In this document: positions 10,212-21,713 of the stretch, piece after piece | Numbering within the stretch: the first letter of the stretch is position 1 | Layout of the letters: every line of letters begins with the position of its first letter | From: Histomonas meleagridis 2922-C6/04-290x | Taxonomy: Eukaryota; Protista; Parabasalia | DNA: 64,000 nt | Reading direction: 5' to 3' | Assembly (NCBI GenBank): GCA_020184695.1 | Contig: JAANOX010000087.1 | Span: 310,001 to 374,000 of the forward strand | Translations under genes and position numbers: made by a program | The notes under the pieces: generated by a model | What the model was told of the DNA's origin: nothing | The model's input: only the letters and a program-made list of their open reading frames with translations | Database searches by the model: none

Positions 10212-12478
10212 ATGTATTTTCAAAATATAATTAAAATAGAAAAAGGAAGTCATGTAATTAAGAAAAGCCATTTGTTTTTAATTATAATTCTGAATTTTTT
10301 TATAGTTGTAATTAATGCAAACGAAATCAACCTCACTGTTAAATATGAAAATAATCATGTTTTATTGAATTGGACAGGATCTCATTCAATTCAAGATTTG
10401 ATATATTCAGTTTCTTCGCAAAGAAACTGCTCAAAATGGAAACCACTCAGTACGTTTGATTTCAACACAACAAAAAGTATCAAAGTGCTTAATGTGTATC
10501 CAAACGCAGGCACTGAAGTCAATTTTGTATGTAATTCACAACCAACAATAAATTTTTACACTTCCACTTTCTGCTATTCTTAAAGTTTGGGTTGAAGGAG
10601 GTTATTATATATATAATGATGTAAATTATAGTTTTGAAAGTTTAGGAATGAATTTTGATACACAAGAAAAAATCATAAGTGTTACACCAATTTCAATTAG
10701 TGATTTTGAATCGATGAGTTTAGAAAGTATGTTAAATTATGATATCATCGTTGTTGGATTTATGGACAATAATGGCGGACCTTATTGTCAACCGTATAGT
10801 GAAACAGTTCAACGTGTTTCACAATATATTGATCTTGGTTATGGTGTTTTATATGGTAATGATGTTGTTGGTTATTTTTATGGGAACTCTTTTGGCTATG
10901 GACAAATTGCAGACAAATTTGGAATTAAACTTGGAACAGAGCCATGTGTTGTTTCTGGCTATTGCTCTCCAGGCACACTTAGTTCAAGTTGGGGTCATTA
11001 TTCCAATGAAATCAAAGTCACGATGCGTGGTTTAGTTACTAATTATCCGTACAACATTCCAAGTGGCGTTTTTACCAATAAAGCTAACACACACAACCGC
11101 AAATGCAGCATTTGGTGATGTTTGGGCTGAACACGCTGAAACTGCAACCGCAACAGAAGGAATTTTTACAGAAGCCGAATCATATTCATGGGAACTTGAC
11201 GGATATTCAGATTTAAGATATGGGAATCCGCATTATTATTTGACAACATATAAAAACACAGCGATGATTCAAACAGGACATACATTAGCAAGTGCAACAT
11301 TATATGAGCGACAACTTCTTATGAATACTATTTGTTATTTATATCAACGAACATCACTTCAATATTCATATGATAATTCAGTTGAACCACATAAACTAAA
11401 TCCACCAAACATAGCAAGAATCAAAGGTGAACGATCAGTTGGAATTAATACAGATAACAATTATGTAACAGAGATTATTAATTATAAAGTTATTGGCAAA
11501 GCAATAAGTGAAAATGCAGCATATACTTCACAAATAGTTCAATTTAATCTTACGACATATGTCAAAGAATATTATTACATTATTGATGAAAATGAAAGCA
11601 CGAATATTACGAAAGATACCGCGAACGCTTACAACACAACAAATGGAACTATATCAAATATTAAGAATGGCGATCTTTATGTTCATGTTGCATCAGTCGA
11701 TAACTATGGAACATTGAGTAATACATCGCATTTCTTTCTATCAAAGGAACCATCAACAGGAACATTCAGTAAATCTAATACATTTACAGAATCAAATACA
11801 TTCACTAAATCGAACACATTTACAAAATCAAATACATTTACAAAATCGAATACATTTAGTAAGTCGAATACATTTACAGAATCGAATACATTAACAAAGT
11901 CGAATACATTTAGTAAGTCGAATACATTTAGTCAGTCAATGACATTGATAAATATAATAACGAAATCATTTCCATTATTTTCATCATTATCACATTCATT
12001 TATTGTTACATATACGAATTCAATTACGCAAACGATATTAACGAAAAGTTTTATAATAAATTCGATGACATTAACAAAAATTGAATCGACACATATTTAT
12101 GTTAACACATTTTTAATTCATTATGAATATACGATTATTATTTATTCGACATATATTAAATTTTATTCCGAATTTTATACTATTCTTCAATATAAAGAAA
12201 AAGATAACCAACAAAATAATGAAACGAATATTATTATCATTATTGTTATTTGTGTTGTTATTTTCATTCTTATAATTATAGCAATTATTATAATTTTAAT
12301 TCTTTATAATCATCATAAAAATCGAAATAATAAATCTCTCAAAACAGAAACAGATGATGTAATACAAACAGATGTTTCACAAGTTAATAGTTTTTCATTT
12401 GGATTGACTACAGTTAATGCGGAAGAAGATCCATTTGCCAAAGATTTTGAAGATGATAAATATTTTAATCACATTTAA
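10212..12478 (+). pseudogene. Frameshifted paralogue of the surface protein at 1-2091
   Basis: Three track ORFs (10212-10583, 10648-11118, 11063-12478) join into one gene if one T is removed from each of the T5 runs at 10553-10557 and 11069-11073 (T4 in the left copy). Ends with a TM helix and a DPFAKDF tail. The frameshifts may be assembly errors. Confidence 0.75.
11762..11941 (+). repeat. 18-nt coding tandem repeat (TF[T/S][K/E]SN) x10, Ser/Thr-rich stalk
   Basis: Directly visible in the DNA and in the translation. Confidence 0.92.
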
Positions 12479-12855
12479 TATTTGAAACTAATAAATAAAT
12501 ATATACAATTAATTATTTGTTGTAATAAGAATCAACAAAACATTTTGCAATATAACGAAATGCAATATGCATTTATTTATATGATAAATAAACATTAGTT
12601 TAGTTTAAATATTTTAAATATCTTCTTCAATATATTTTAGAATGTGTAGTGTTATCCATCAGATTAATATATTATTTAACAAATACGAATAAAAGATCTT
12701 ATTGGATAAACATTTAAGGATTATTCCATTTCCTTGAATTAGTATAAAATGTCTAATTCATAATCAAAAGTGTTCTCATCCAAAAATAAATGTTTTATTT
12801 CAAGAAGGATAGAATTTATGTACTCATTAATACAAAGAAAACAAAGATTATCTAT

Positions 12856-13250
12856 ATGATAATATATTTTATTGGAGATGCTTCCTCAGGAAAAACATCT
12901 TTGATCCACAGGTTCATATGAACATCATATATGATGAATTTCTGATATTACTTCTCAATGTATTTGAAAGTTTTAAAAGAATAAATAAAGTCAGTGATTA
13001 TGTGTTTTCTTTTGCTCTAATGACATTCTAATCCCAAAGAAATTCTTTATTTCCCATTTGATTCCTCATATATTTATATGGTTTGATGAAAATAAACGAG
13101 ATCTCCTAATATTCTGCATATTGGCACGAAATCAGATTTAAGAAAATGCGCATCACCAAATCAATACATCAGTAAAGATGAAGCATCACATATTACTTAA
13201 GTTACAAAAAATGAATGCATTTAATTCTATTGAATGCTCATCATTATTAA
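12856..13250 (+). pseudogene. Decayed Ras-superfamily (Rab-like) small GTPase
   Basis: G1 IGDASSGKTSL at 12871-12903 followed by TGA, G4 IGTKSDL at 13120-13140 and G5-like IECSS at about 13229-13243. Correct order and spacing, but broken by stops and frameshifts. Confidence 0.7.
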
Positions 13251-13535
13251 ATGATAGTGTAAGATAAGTTTCTGGTGTAGCATTCTCAAGAAGTTCACTA
13301 CTTAATAATAAAAAATGTTTAATTAATTAAATTATCAATTTAAATCTAGAAGTAAAATGTTTATAAATCATAAAGAAATTGAGTTTTACTGAAAATATAT
13401 ATTTTATCACGTATCTATCATTATATCCAAATTTTAGAATGGATAATAGTATTACAAATGAATAATATCAACTGTTACATTAAACTTTTGAAGGTTTATG
13501 ATCGTCAGTCTAAGAAAATAACCACCGATATTTAG

Positions 13536-13871
13536 AATTCTCATCAAGCCACTTTTTGAAATGAAAAAATTAAAAAAAATAATTTCGTTCACAATTTTCA
13601 ATTCAATTTAAAATTGCAAAAATTTTATTGTTTATATAGAAAGTGCCTTCGAAATTTCCATACCAGCTCTGCTCATGTCTACTGAAAATAATGTGTAAAA
13701 CTATTAATGTAAGCTAGTAACGTACAACATTTCATATTCTGATTCTTTTTAAATATAATGAATGCAACCATTTTGTCATGAGTAATAGGAAAAACTTAAA
13801 AACAATATTGAAAATTGTGAGCGAAATTACTTTTTTTAATTTTTTCATTTCAAAAAGTGTCGATGAGAATT
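13536..13871. mobile_element. MITE-like element with ~65-bp terminal inverted repeats
   Basis: 13536-13602 (AATTCTCATC...CACTTTTTGAAATGAAAAAATTAAAAAAA...TTTCG.TCACAATTTTCAAT) is the near-perfect reverse complement of 13807-13871. Non-coding interior; no TSD identified. Confidence 0.6.
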
Positions 13872-13875
13872 ACAC

Positions 13876-13940
13876 ATAATAAAGGCAACTTTTTAAAACG
13901 ATGATCAAAGTTCATCGTCTTAAAAAGTTGCCTTTATTAT
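13876..13940. repeat. Palindrome: 29-bp arms with one mismatch, 7-nt loop
   Basis: ATAATAAAGGCAACTTTTTAAAACGATGA-tcaaagt-TCATCGTCTTAAAAAGTTGCCTTTATTAT. Confidence 0.9.
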
Positions 13941-14299
13941 TTGTGAAATAACTGTATCGTTTTTTTAACACGAAATTTGCCGACAAATGCATTTTCTTTT
14001 GCAATATCTTTAGCTGAATTCGCTGAACTAGCTAGTAAAGTATATAATAGTATTAAAAATAGTAGTTGGGCAATGTGTCGAATAAGAAGATTAAAAAATG
14101 TATTAACTGGAGCTAGAGGTTATATTCCTATACCAACTGTGAGAAATGTAGTATTTGATGAATATGATATATCAACAGGTGAAATTTTGAAAAATTTAGA
14201 AGGTCCAGATACTGATATTAATAATAGTTCAAATGATATATTAATCCTTTGTGATTAAAAATAATAACGCAGATTCATTTTTGAATGTTATAAAAGAAA

Positions 14300-15314
14300 T
14301 AAGAGCATTTGAAGAGAGTAATTAAATCAAATCCAATATATTTGATATATTTGGTCGATTTCTTATCAATAAGTATACAAATGAATCATCTTATCTTCTT
14401 GAATCGATGATTGAACATAATTTTCTTGAACCAAACATTGTAAAAAACAGACGGAGTCCATATTTTGTACATTATATGTCTATAGAATAATTAGCAGTCT
14501 ATTTAAAGAAACATGATTTTGTAAATTATGAAGAACTATCAAAGAATGATTGGGAACTTCATAAGAAATTCATTAAAGAATAACATAATCCGAATGAAAT
14601 TGCAAAAATAATTCGAAACGATGAAATAGAAAAACTTCAAGAAATATCTTCACGAGATAATTTTAATTTTAATCAAATAATTGAACCATCACTTTATGAA
14701 AGATGTTCATTTATTAATCAAAAGAATGTTACATTAATTGATTATGCAGCATTTTTTTCTTCAGTTAAATGTTTTAAATTTTACTTATGAATGGTGCAAA
14801 TGTAAAAAATGCAGGTAAATATGCAGTTGCAGGTGGAAATGAAGAAATCATTCATTTATGTGCACAAAATCATTCTTCATTTTTTAAAGCATATGAAACA
14901 GCAATTGAATTCCATCGAAATGATATTTTTCATTATCTTTATGAAAGTAAAATTGAAGAAATTAATTAATTAGACGAATTAGGAGAAAAATGTGTTTCAT
15001 ATTTTAATTATGAAATTTTTACATATCTAGAAATAGAAGGAATGAAAATTAATGAAAATATCATTAATGTAGCAGCAAAAATTGGAAATATTTTTTTAGT
15101 TGAATATTTTATTAAAAAGCATTCAAATCCGCATGATATATTGGTATTTTCAGCAGGATCAGGAAACACGGAACTTGTCAAATATATTTTGGAGCAAAAA
15201 GGAATTGATATTAATGCTAAAGATGTTTATTTGTTTTATTTAAAATTAATTTTTAATAATTTAATATATTATAATATAGGATCCAATCGGACATTCTCGG
15301 ATCGATTTTTCTAA
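14300..15314 (+). pseudogene. DUF3447-type/ankyrin gene remnant ending in a truncated spacer element
   Basis: NYEELSKNDWELHKKFIKE*HNPNEIAKIIRND...LIDYAAFFSS...YAVAGGN...QKGIDINAKD with stops and frameshifts. The 5-prime half of the spacer starts at 15225 (GTTTATTTGTTTTATTTAAAA). Confidence 0.8.
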
Positions 15315-16111
15315 TAATTTCATACATAGTTATATTTTTTAAAAGCATATATTAGTTTATAAATTAATTTTTTAAAAATGTATTTCTGTTTTATTTAAGA
15401 AAAAAATCAGTATATTTTAATGAGGAATCGTATTTCCAGGGCATAACGGTCGCATCCTCCTTCCGTTAAAAGCCCGCCAAAATTGAAAAACCCGCCAAAA
15501 TTGATATCACAAAACAATTGTTTGGGTCTCTTATATCATATACAGATAATCTCAAATTACAATGGATTAGTAATCGCGTTTGAAGAGTACTCTTCATAAT
15601 TTGAATATAAAATATATTTCACTTATGGGTGCATTTTTATTCTTAACTATAACAGAAAGGATAAAACATTTCACAACAATGTTTTATATATGTTTAATCA
15701 TAAATATAAAACAAGATTCAACAAATTAATTATGATATTTCACCGATAATTGCAGAAGAATATAGTACTGTTGATGAAATCATTCAAATGTGAAGTTTTG
15801 ACGAAAAATTTTCCTCATTATTATGGATAATTGAACTCTGAAAGCTTTCCAATTTATTAATATTGATATTAATATTTTTTTCTATGTAATGATAATAATT
15901 TTAATGTTTCTCAGAACATTCGTGTAATTTCTTTGTATGAAACCTCATATAATATATATTGACATTTTTCTAATATAGATTCGAATCGCTACATGAAAAT
16001 TGGCAAATTTTTTTGATTGATTCATTTTTTATTGTTGTCTTTATTTCATTAAATTCAGTGATGTTTCTCCCTTTCAAGTAATTTAAAAAGTTAATAAATC
16101 TATTCTTAGAA

Positions 16112-18373
16112 ATGAATGTAATTTTCAAAAATTTGAAATATTATTATGAAGATGTTTCTAAATACCGGAGAACTAATGAATTAGGTATGTTATTAGTTGA
16201 TTGTCAGATATATAAAAGATTTATTGAGCATAAACATGATAATTACTTAATAAGCTCTGATTTAAATAATTATACAGGAATTACTTATCATTAAGATTTA
16301 ATTGGAATCATTATTAATGAATATGAGGAAAAAGATATATATGAAATATATACTAATATTGATCAAAATCTTGAAGTTAATGGTGATAAAGAATGTAATA
16401 ATATTAATGGTATTGATTTAGATGAGTTGTCAGTAATTAATAATGATATATTTAATATAAATAACAAGCTAACAGGAATTGATTATAATAAAGATTAAAT
16501 AAAAATTAACGAAGAAGGAGAAGATATCTATGAAATATATATTAATATCAATCGAAATTTAGAGGTTAATGGTAATATAGAAACAAAGTATGGTAATGAT
16601 ATACCTGTTAATAACTTTCTTCTAACAACTCATACTTATGATCAGTATTTAACTAATTTTAATTTAACTGATATAAATAAGGCTTTAACAGGAATATCAT
16701 ATAATGAATATGGTGAATGGACTAAGATTAAACAAGATTTATTAGTAGGTAATGATATTTCATGTAGAATATTGATTGTAGTAAATATTCAGATGATACG
16801 AATATTTATAAAGGATTGTTTATCTATAATGAATTTAATGCGTTCCCATATAATTCTATCAGAATGGAAATAGGTGTATTACCATATGGAGATGATTGAA
16901 GTGTAATAGAACATTACGTAGGTTCTGATGATAACATCGATACTTGTTTAAGATTCAAAACATGTGATGGTAATTATGTAAGTATATTTAGAAACGGTAA
17001 TATTAGTTGTAATTATATTAATGGAATTGATACTAATAATATTTCATTAACAACACATAATCATGATGATGAATATACTTTATTAAATCATACTCATACA
17101 GAATTTAATAATATTTTTACTGTTAACGGTAATATAAATCGTAATTATATTAATAATATAGATGTTGATAACTTTTGTCTAATAAATCATACTCACAACA
17201 CTATTAATAACGATTTGAAAATATATGGTAATTGAGAAGTAAATTATATTAATGATATACATGTTGATAATTTTAGTTTAAATAATCATACTCATTCAGA
17301 ATTTAATGTTGATATTACTGTTGATGGTAAAATTAACATTTATTATATTAATAACGGTTCTTCACCAGGAAATTATTTAAATACTTTGATATGTATAGCT
17401 ACTATTGAAAGTGATGGTGTTATGGAAATTGAACAATATATTGATTTTAATGATAGTAATGATGATAGTAATTATAGTTCAAGAATAAGAACTTCTGGTA
17501 ATACTATGTATTTCGGTAAACTCCATAATAATGATGGTAATATCAGTTTTAATGGAAATAATAATAATATAAATTGTAATTCTATTAACTAATATTAATG
17601 TAAGTTTTTTCTCAGTAAATGGCCATACTCATAGTTATAATGATATTACTCACAAACCTTCTACTTTTACATATAGTTCCCATATTCATGAACCTAATGA
17701 TATAGTTCCTTATTCAAATGCTGTATTAAGAATCGGTAGATTTGTAGATTTTGTATATCATGATCAATCAACAGAAGCACCAGGAACATATACTCGGAGG
17801 ATAGCTTCTTATCAAAATGAATTAGAATTTTGGCACTATTCTAATAGTCAGTATAGAGTAGCTATCATTAGTAGTACTGGAGGAGGACAGATTAATAAAA
17901 CAATAACTAATAATTCACCTATTTCGGAAAATGATAATATTGTTAATTTCATCATTGGAAAACCAGTATTTATAACAGGTAATGTTTATAAATTGATTAA
18001 TGAAAATGGGACTTATAAATATATTTCTACTACAGATTCTACTAACTGTATACCTAGTGTTAAAAGTAGTGGTTCTTATAAAGAATTTATTGGTATTTGT
18101 GTTAATAAACATCATTCTATTGAAATATTTCAAATAGGAGATACTATTAAACAAGATATATGTATTAATAAATATACTATAGATTTTGCTATTCATGGTG
18201 ATTATTATTTTAAAGTAAACGATAGTGCTGCTTACAGCGTTGGTGATATAATACTTTATGGTGGTAGTATTTTTGATGATGATACTGCATTAACAACAAA
18301 AATAAATAGTATGATTATTGGTAAGATTACTTCCGTTGTTGACAACACTACAGTAGCTGTATTTATAGGATGA
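16112..18373 (+). pseudogene. Decayed phage tail-fibre-like gene
   Basis: One long reading path with about 4 in-frame stops and 2 frameshifts. Contains Asn-rich repeats, six HxH motifs, GHTHSYNDITHKPSTFTYSSHIH and GVMEIEQYIDFNDS..DYSSRI. Confidence 0.7.
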
Positions 18374-18377
18374 TAGA

Positions 18378-18405
18378 GAGGGGTTGGCAACTTTGCCGAT
18401 CCTTC
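18378..18405 (+). terminator. GC-rich hairpin just after the fibre-like gene stop
   Basis: GAGGGGTTGGCAA-CT-TTGCCGATCCTTC: up to 13 pairs including 3 G-U, 4 nt after TGA 18371-18373, followed by ATTTTCAT. Confidence 0.5.
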
Positions 18406-18558
18406 ATTTTCATAGTATTTTATCGTAGGAACGAATTTTGCAAAAATGATTTTTATTTTAGTAATGTAAAGTATTCAAGCGAACGACTTATACACTTGCT
18501 TTTGATTGTGATTTTCACTTTTTGTATAACTTTTTAAAAATGAAATTTGATGCTTTAT

Positions 18559-19170
18559 TTAGCAATTGCATGTTTTTCCACCAACCGATTGTCCTTTTTG
18601 AACGTTAACACTTCCGCCTGTTGGAGCTGCGCTTGGTGATAAACCACCAGCCTTCTTCTTCATTGCGCTTGACATTGTTATGAACATTTCGTCAACATTC
18701 TTAGAATCTTTGGCTGATGTTTCAAGGAATGGAATTCCGAATTGACGAGCAAGGGCCTCGCCTTCTTCTGTCTTAACAGCTCTCTTATCATCTAAATCAC
18801 ATTTATTTCCGACAAGGAGACGACAAACATCTGATGAAGCGTGTGAATCAATTTCAGTCATCCAGTGTGAGACTTGTTCGAATGACTCACGATCAGTAAT
18901 ATCATAAACAACAACAATACCGTTACTTCCGCGATAATAGCTTTTTGTTATAGTCCTGAATCTTTCTTGACCAGCTGTATCCCAGATCTGAAGCTTAATT
19001 GATTTGCCTTCAAGTTCAATCTTTTTGATCTTGAAATCGACACCAATAGTTGAAATGTAGTTATCACTAAACATATCTTCAGCGAAACGGAGGAGTAAAC
19101 AACTCTTACCTACACCTGAGTTTCCAATAATTAATACCTTGAAAAGATAATCATAGTCGTTGGTCGCCAT
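18559..19170 (-). CDS. RAB1: Rab1/Ypt1 small GTPase
   Basis: [35 protein letters not shown] and ETSAK motifs, C-terminal CNC prenylation motif; start ATG 19170 (MATND). Confidence 0.95.
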   Translation of the reverse strand: MATNDYDYLFKVLIIGNSGVGKSCLLLRFAEDMFSDNYISTIGVDFKIKKIELEGKSIKLQIWDTAGQERFRTITKSYYRGSNGIVVVYDITDRESFEQVSHWMTEIDSHASSDVCRLLVGNKCDLDDKRAVKTEEGEALARQFGIPFLETSAKDSKNVDEMFITMSSAMKKKAGGLSPSAAPTGGSVNVQKGQSVGGKTCNC

Positions 19171-19652
19171 TGTGAAAAATGAAAACAATTGTTTTTATCA
19201 AAAAGTTGAAAAATCAAGATGTAAAAACGGTTAAAATGGACTGAAAAATCCATTTTTTGAATGGGTTACATGACCACAATGGCGCGATAGAAAAAAAGGG
19301 CAGGAAATAACATGGAAGGAAAAGGGCAGGAAATAATTGAGATATAAGGAGAGCGCGATAAGTAAATCAGACATTAATGTTCCTCAAGCCCAAAATCCTG
19401 TGCTGTATAATTTTGTTTTAAATTATTTTAATGATTGAGATTTATTAATCAAAAATAAATGTAATAATTAAGAAAGATAAGGAATGCCTAAACACATAAA
19501 TGAGGCCTATGCCAGTAACATCGCATATTTCATATATAAAAATTTTTCTTGGCCAAGAACATATTTTATTACGCTCTGAAAAAGTCGATTTTTGAATTAA
19601 AACCGATCGTTATAATTGTGGCAAACAAATTTAATATTAAACAAATTTTATT

Positions 19653-21596
19653 TTATTTTTTCTTGGACACTTCGTCATCGTGTTGCCGTATTTGATTCTG
19701 AAGTTTTTCCATTTCTTTCATCATTTCCTCGTATGCTTGGTTTGCTTTCATCCATCTTGTTTTCATTTTTTCTTTGTTTCTAATTTCAATTTTTTTCGTC
19801 CAAATTTCTTTTTCCAAATTTTCGATTATTTTTGGCAAATTCTGTTTATAAAGCGGAAGTTTTTTGTTTAGAGTTACAAATTTCTCGTATTGCTTTAAGT
19901 TTTGGCTTCTCCTTTCTTTCGCGTTCTGTAAATTTGCTTCATAACTTTCTCGTTTCGATTCCAAAAGTTGGCGTTGGCGTTGAAATGCTTTAAACTTTGA
20001 TTCCCAACTTGCTAACTCTTCTGTTAGCTCTTCTTTTCGCTTTGCTAAAAGTGATGTATAATTATCCATTGAAGATTCTTGAAGTTTTTCCTTCCATTTT
20101 TCGACGATATTCTTAAACCGTTGATTTTCAGAATATTTGACGGTTTGTGTGATATCGGGTATTGAAATTTCAGTGAGGTCATTATTATTTCTGATGAAAT
20201 CATTGAAAATTTTTCTGTTGCTTTCAATTAACTGATTTTGTTCTGTTTTTTCTGTTGTATCGTTCAGTGGAATTTTTGAAGGGAGTTCAATCGTAAACCG
20301 TTTTTGGATGTTTGGATTTACTTTAAATTCATTTACGTTTTCAGGCAATGTTCCGATTAAATCTGTTAATTTTTGCAATGCCTCTTTTTGTTGATTTAAT
20401 ATTTTTTCTCTTATTTCTATTATTTCCTTATTTTTCTCGATGAAATCACAAATTTCTTCTTCTTCTTCTTCTTCTAAAACAATATTCTTTGGCTTTTCAA
20501 AAGAAGAAATAATTTGTTTTGCTGAATTAATATCATTTTCATTAATTTGCTTCATTGATGTAATTGTTGATTCAATTTCTGAATCAATTGATTTAAAGTG
20601 ATTTGTTTCGGATTCATCGGGAACTTTAACAACTATTGGATTTGGCTCTCTGTAACCAAATGGTTTGACTGATATTTCATTATTTATTAAGACTTTTTCA
20701 AGAGATTTGTTTAAAGCTTTTGTAATTTCGAACATTTTATTATGAATTATCTTCTCTGTTGTCCATATTTTAGATGATATTCCAGAATTTGATTCTCTAG
20801 CAAGTGAATTTAATGTTTGTTTCGCAAGTTGAAGTTGTGATGTGATTTTGTTAACGGTTTTTGCAATATTAATTTCGTTGTTTTGGAGCTGCTGATTGCT
20901 TTGTGAATTAAAGAGACGTTGTATTTCGATAAACTCATTCTGTAAATTAGGTGGCGTTATGGAAGTTGATGATAAATGAAATTGTGGGACGGACGAAAGA
21001 TCTGCAATGACGGGTTCTTGTGGTTGGAACTTAATTAAATTTATGTGGAGTTCGTTTTCACATTCATCAATTGTAATGTTTTTTAGTTTTTCTGAAAAAC
21101 TTAATTTAATTTTGTTTTCCGGAATTGAAGTATCAATTGGTAGAATGAATTCTGTAGGATCAAAATCATTAAGGTCAACACCTGAACAAATATCAAAATT
21201 ATTTATATTATCCTTATCATCCATGCAAAATGTTGACATTCGCAAATGATAAAGTCTTTCTTTTAATCTAAGAATTATTGACTTAAGATGGGCTATATGA
21301 AGCATATATCTTAAATGAAATAAATATGGTGTTTGTCCTTCGAAATTTGAAATTTTGAGAACTGAAGGTTTTTTTCCTTCGGAATATTCTATTATAGATT
21401 GTTTGTTTATTGCCTCTCGTAATGAATTTGAAATTGATTCGAATCTTTGTTTTGATTTTTGGAATTTTGATTGTATATCTTGTAAAATTTTATTTTTATT
21501 TTCCATAAAATCTTTTTCATTTTGGATTCTGTTTTGAAGATCTCTTTCTTCATGAATTATTTGAAGAAACTCTGGATTTATCTCTTTTTCATCCAT
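19653..21596 (-). CDS. Hypothetical coiled-coil protein, 647 aa
   Basis: Long ORF rich in E/K/Q heptads; no family recognised. Confidence 0.8.
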   Translation of the reverse strand: MDEKEINPEFLQIIHEERDLQNRIQNEKDFMENKNKILQDIQSKFQKSKQRFESISNSLREAINKQSIIEYSEGKKPSVLKISNFEGQTPYLFHLRYMLHIAHLKSIILRLKERLYHLRMSTFCMDDKDNINNFDICSGVDLNDFDPTEFILPIDTSIPENKIKLSFSEKLKNITIDECENELHINLIKFQPQEPVIADLSSVPQFHLSSTSITPPNLQNEFIEIQRLFNSQSNQQLQNNEINIAKTVNKITSQLQLAKQTLNSLARESNSGISSKIWTTEKIIHNKMFEITKALNKSLEKVLINNEISVKPFGYREPNPIVVKVPDESETNHFKSIDSEIESTITSMKQINENDINSAKQIISSFEKPKNIVLEEEEEEEICDFIEKNKEIIEIREKILNQQKEALQKLTDLIGTLPENVNEFKVNPNIQKRFTIELPSKIPLNDTTEKTEQNQLIESNRKIFNDFIRNNNDLTEISIPDITQTVKYSENQRFKNIVEKWKEKLQESSMDNYTSLLAKRKEELTEELASWESKFKAFQRQRQLLESKRESYEANLQNAKERRSQNLKQYEKFVTLNKKLPLYKQNLPKIIENLEKEIWTKKIEIRNKEKMKTRWMKANQAYEEMMKEMEKLQNQIRQHDDEVSKKK

Positions 21597-21713
21597 CCAA
21601 AGAATCTAAACAAACCTCTCAGAAATCAAAATAAAATGAAAACTAGCAAATATCTTTCATACTCAAAGAATTATTACTAAAACCAAAAAAATTACTTCAT
21701 TCATTAATATTCT

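Noticed and set aside
16112-18373. Alternative genetic code (stop reassignment) in the fibre-like gene or in the whole genome
   Set aside because: The gene also has frameshifts and uses TGG for Trp; housekeeping genes end normally at TAA or TGA.
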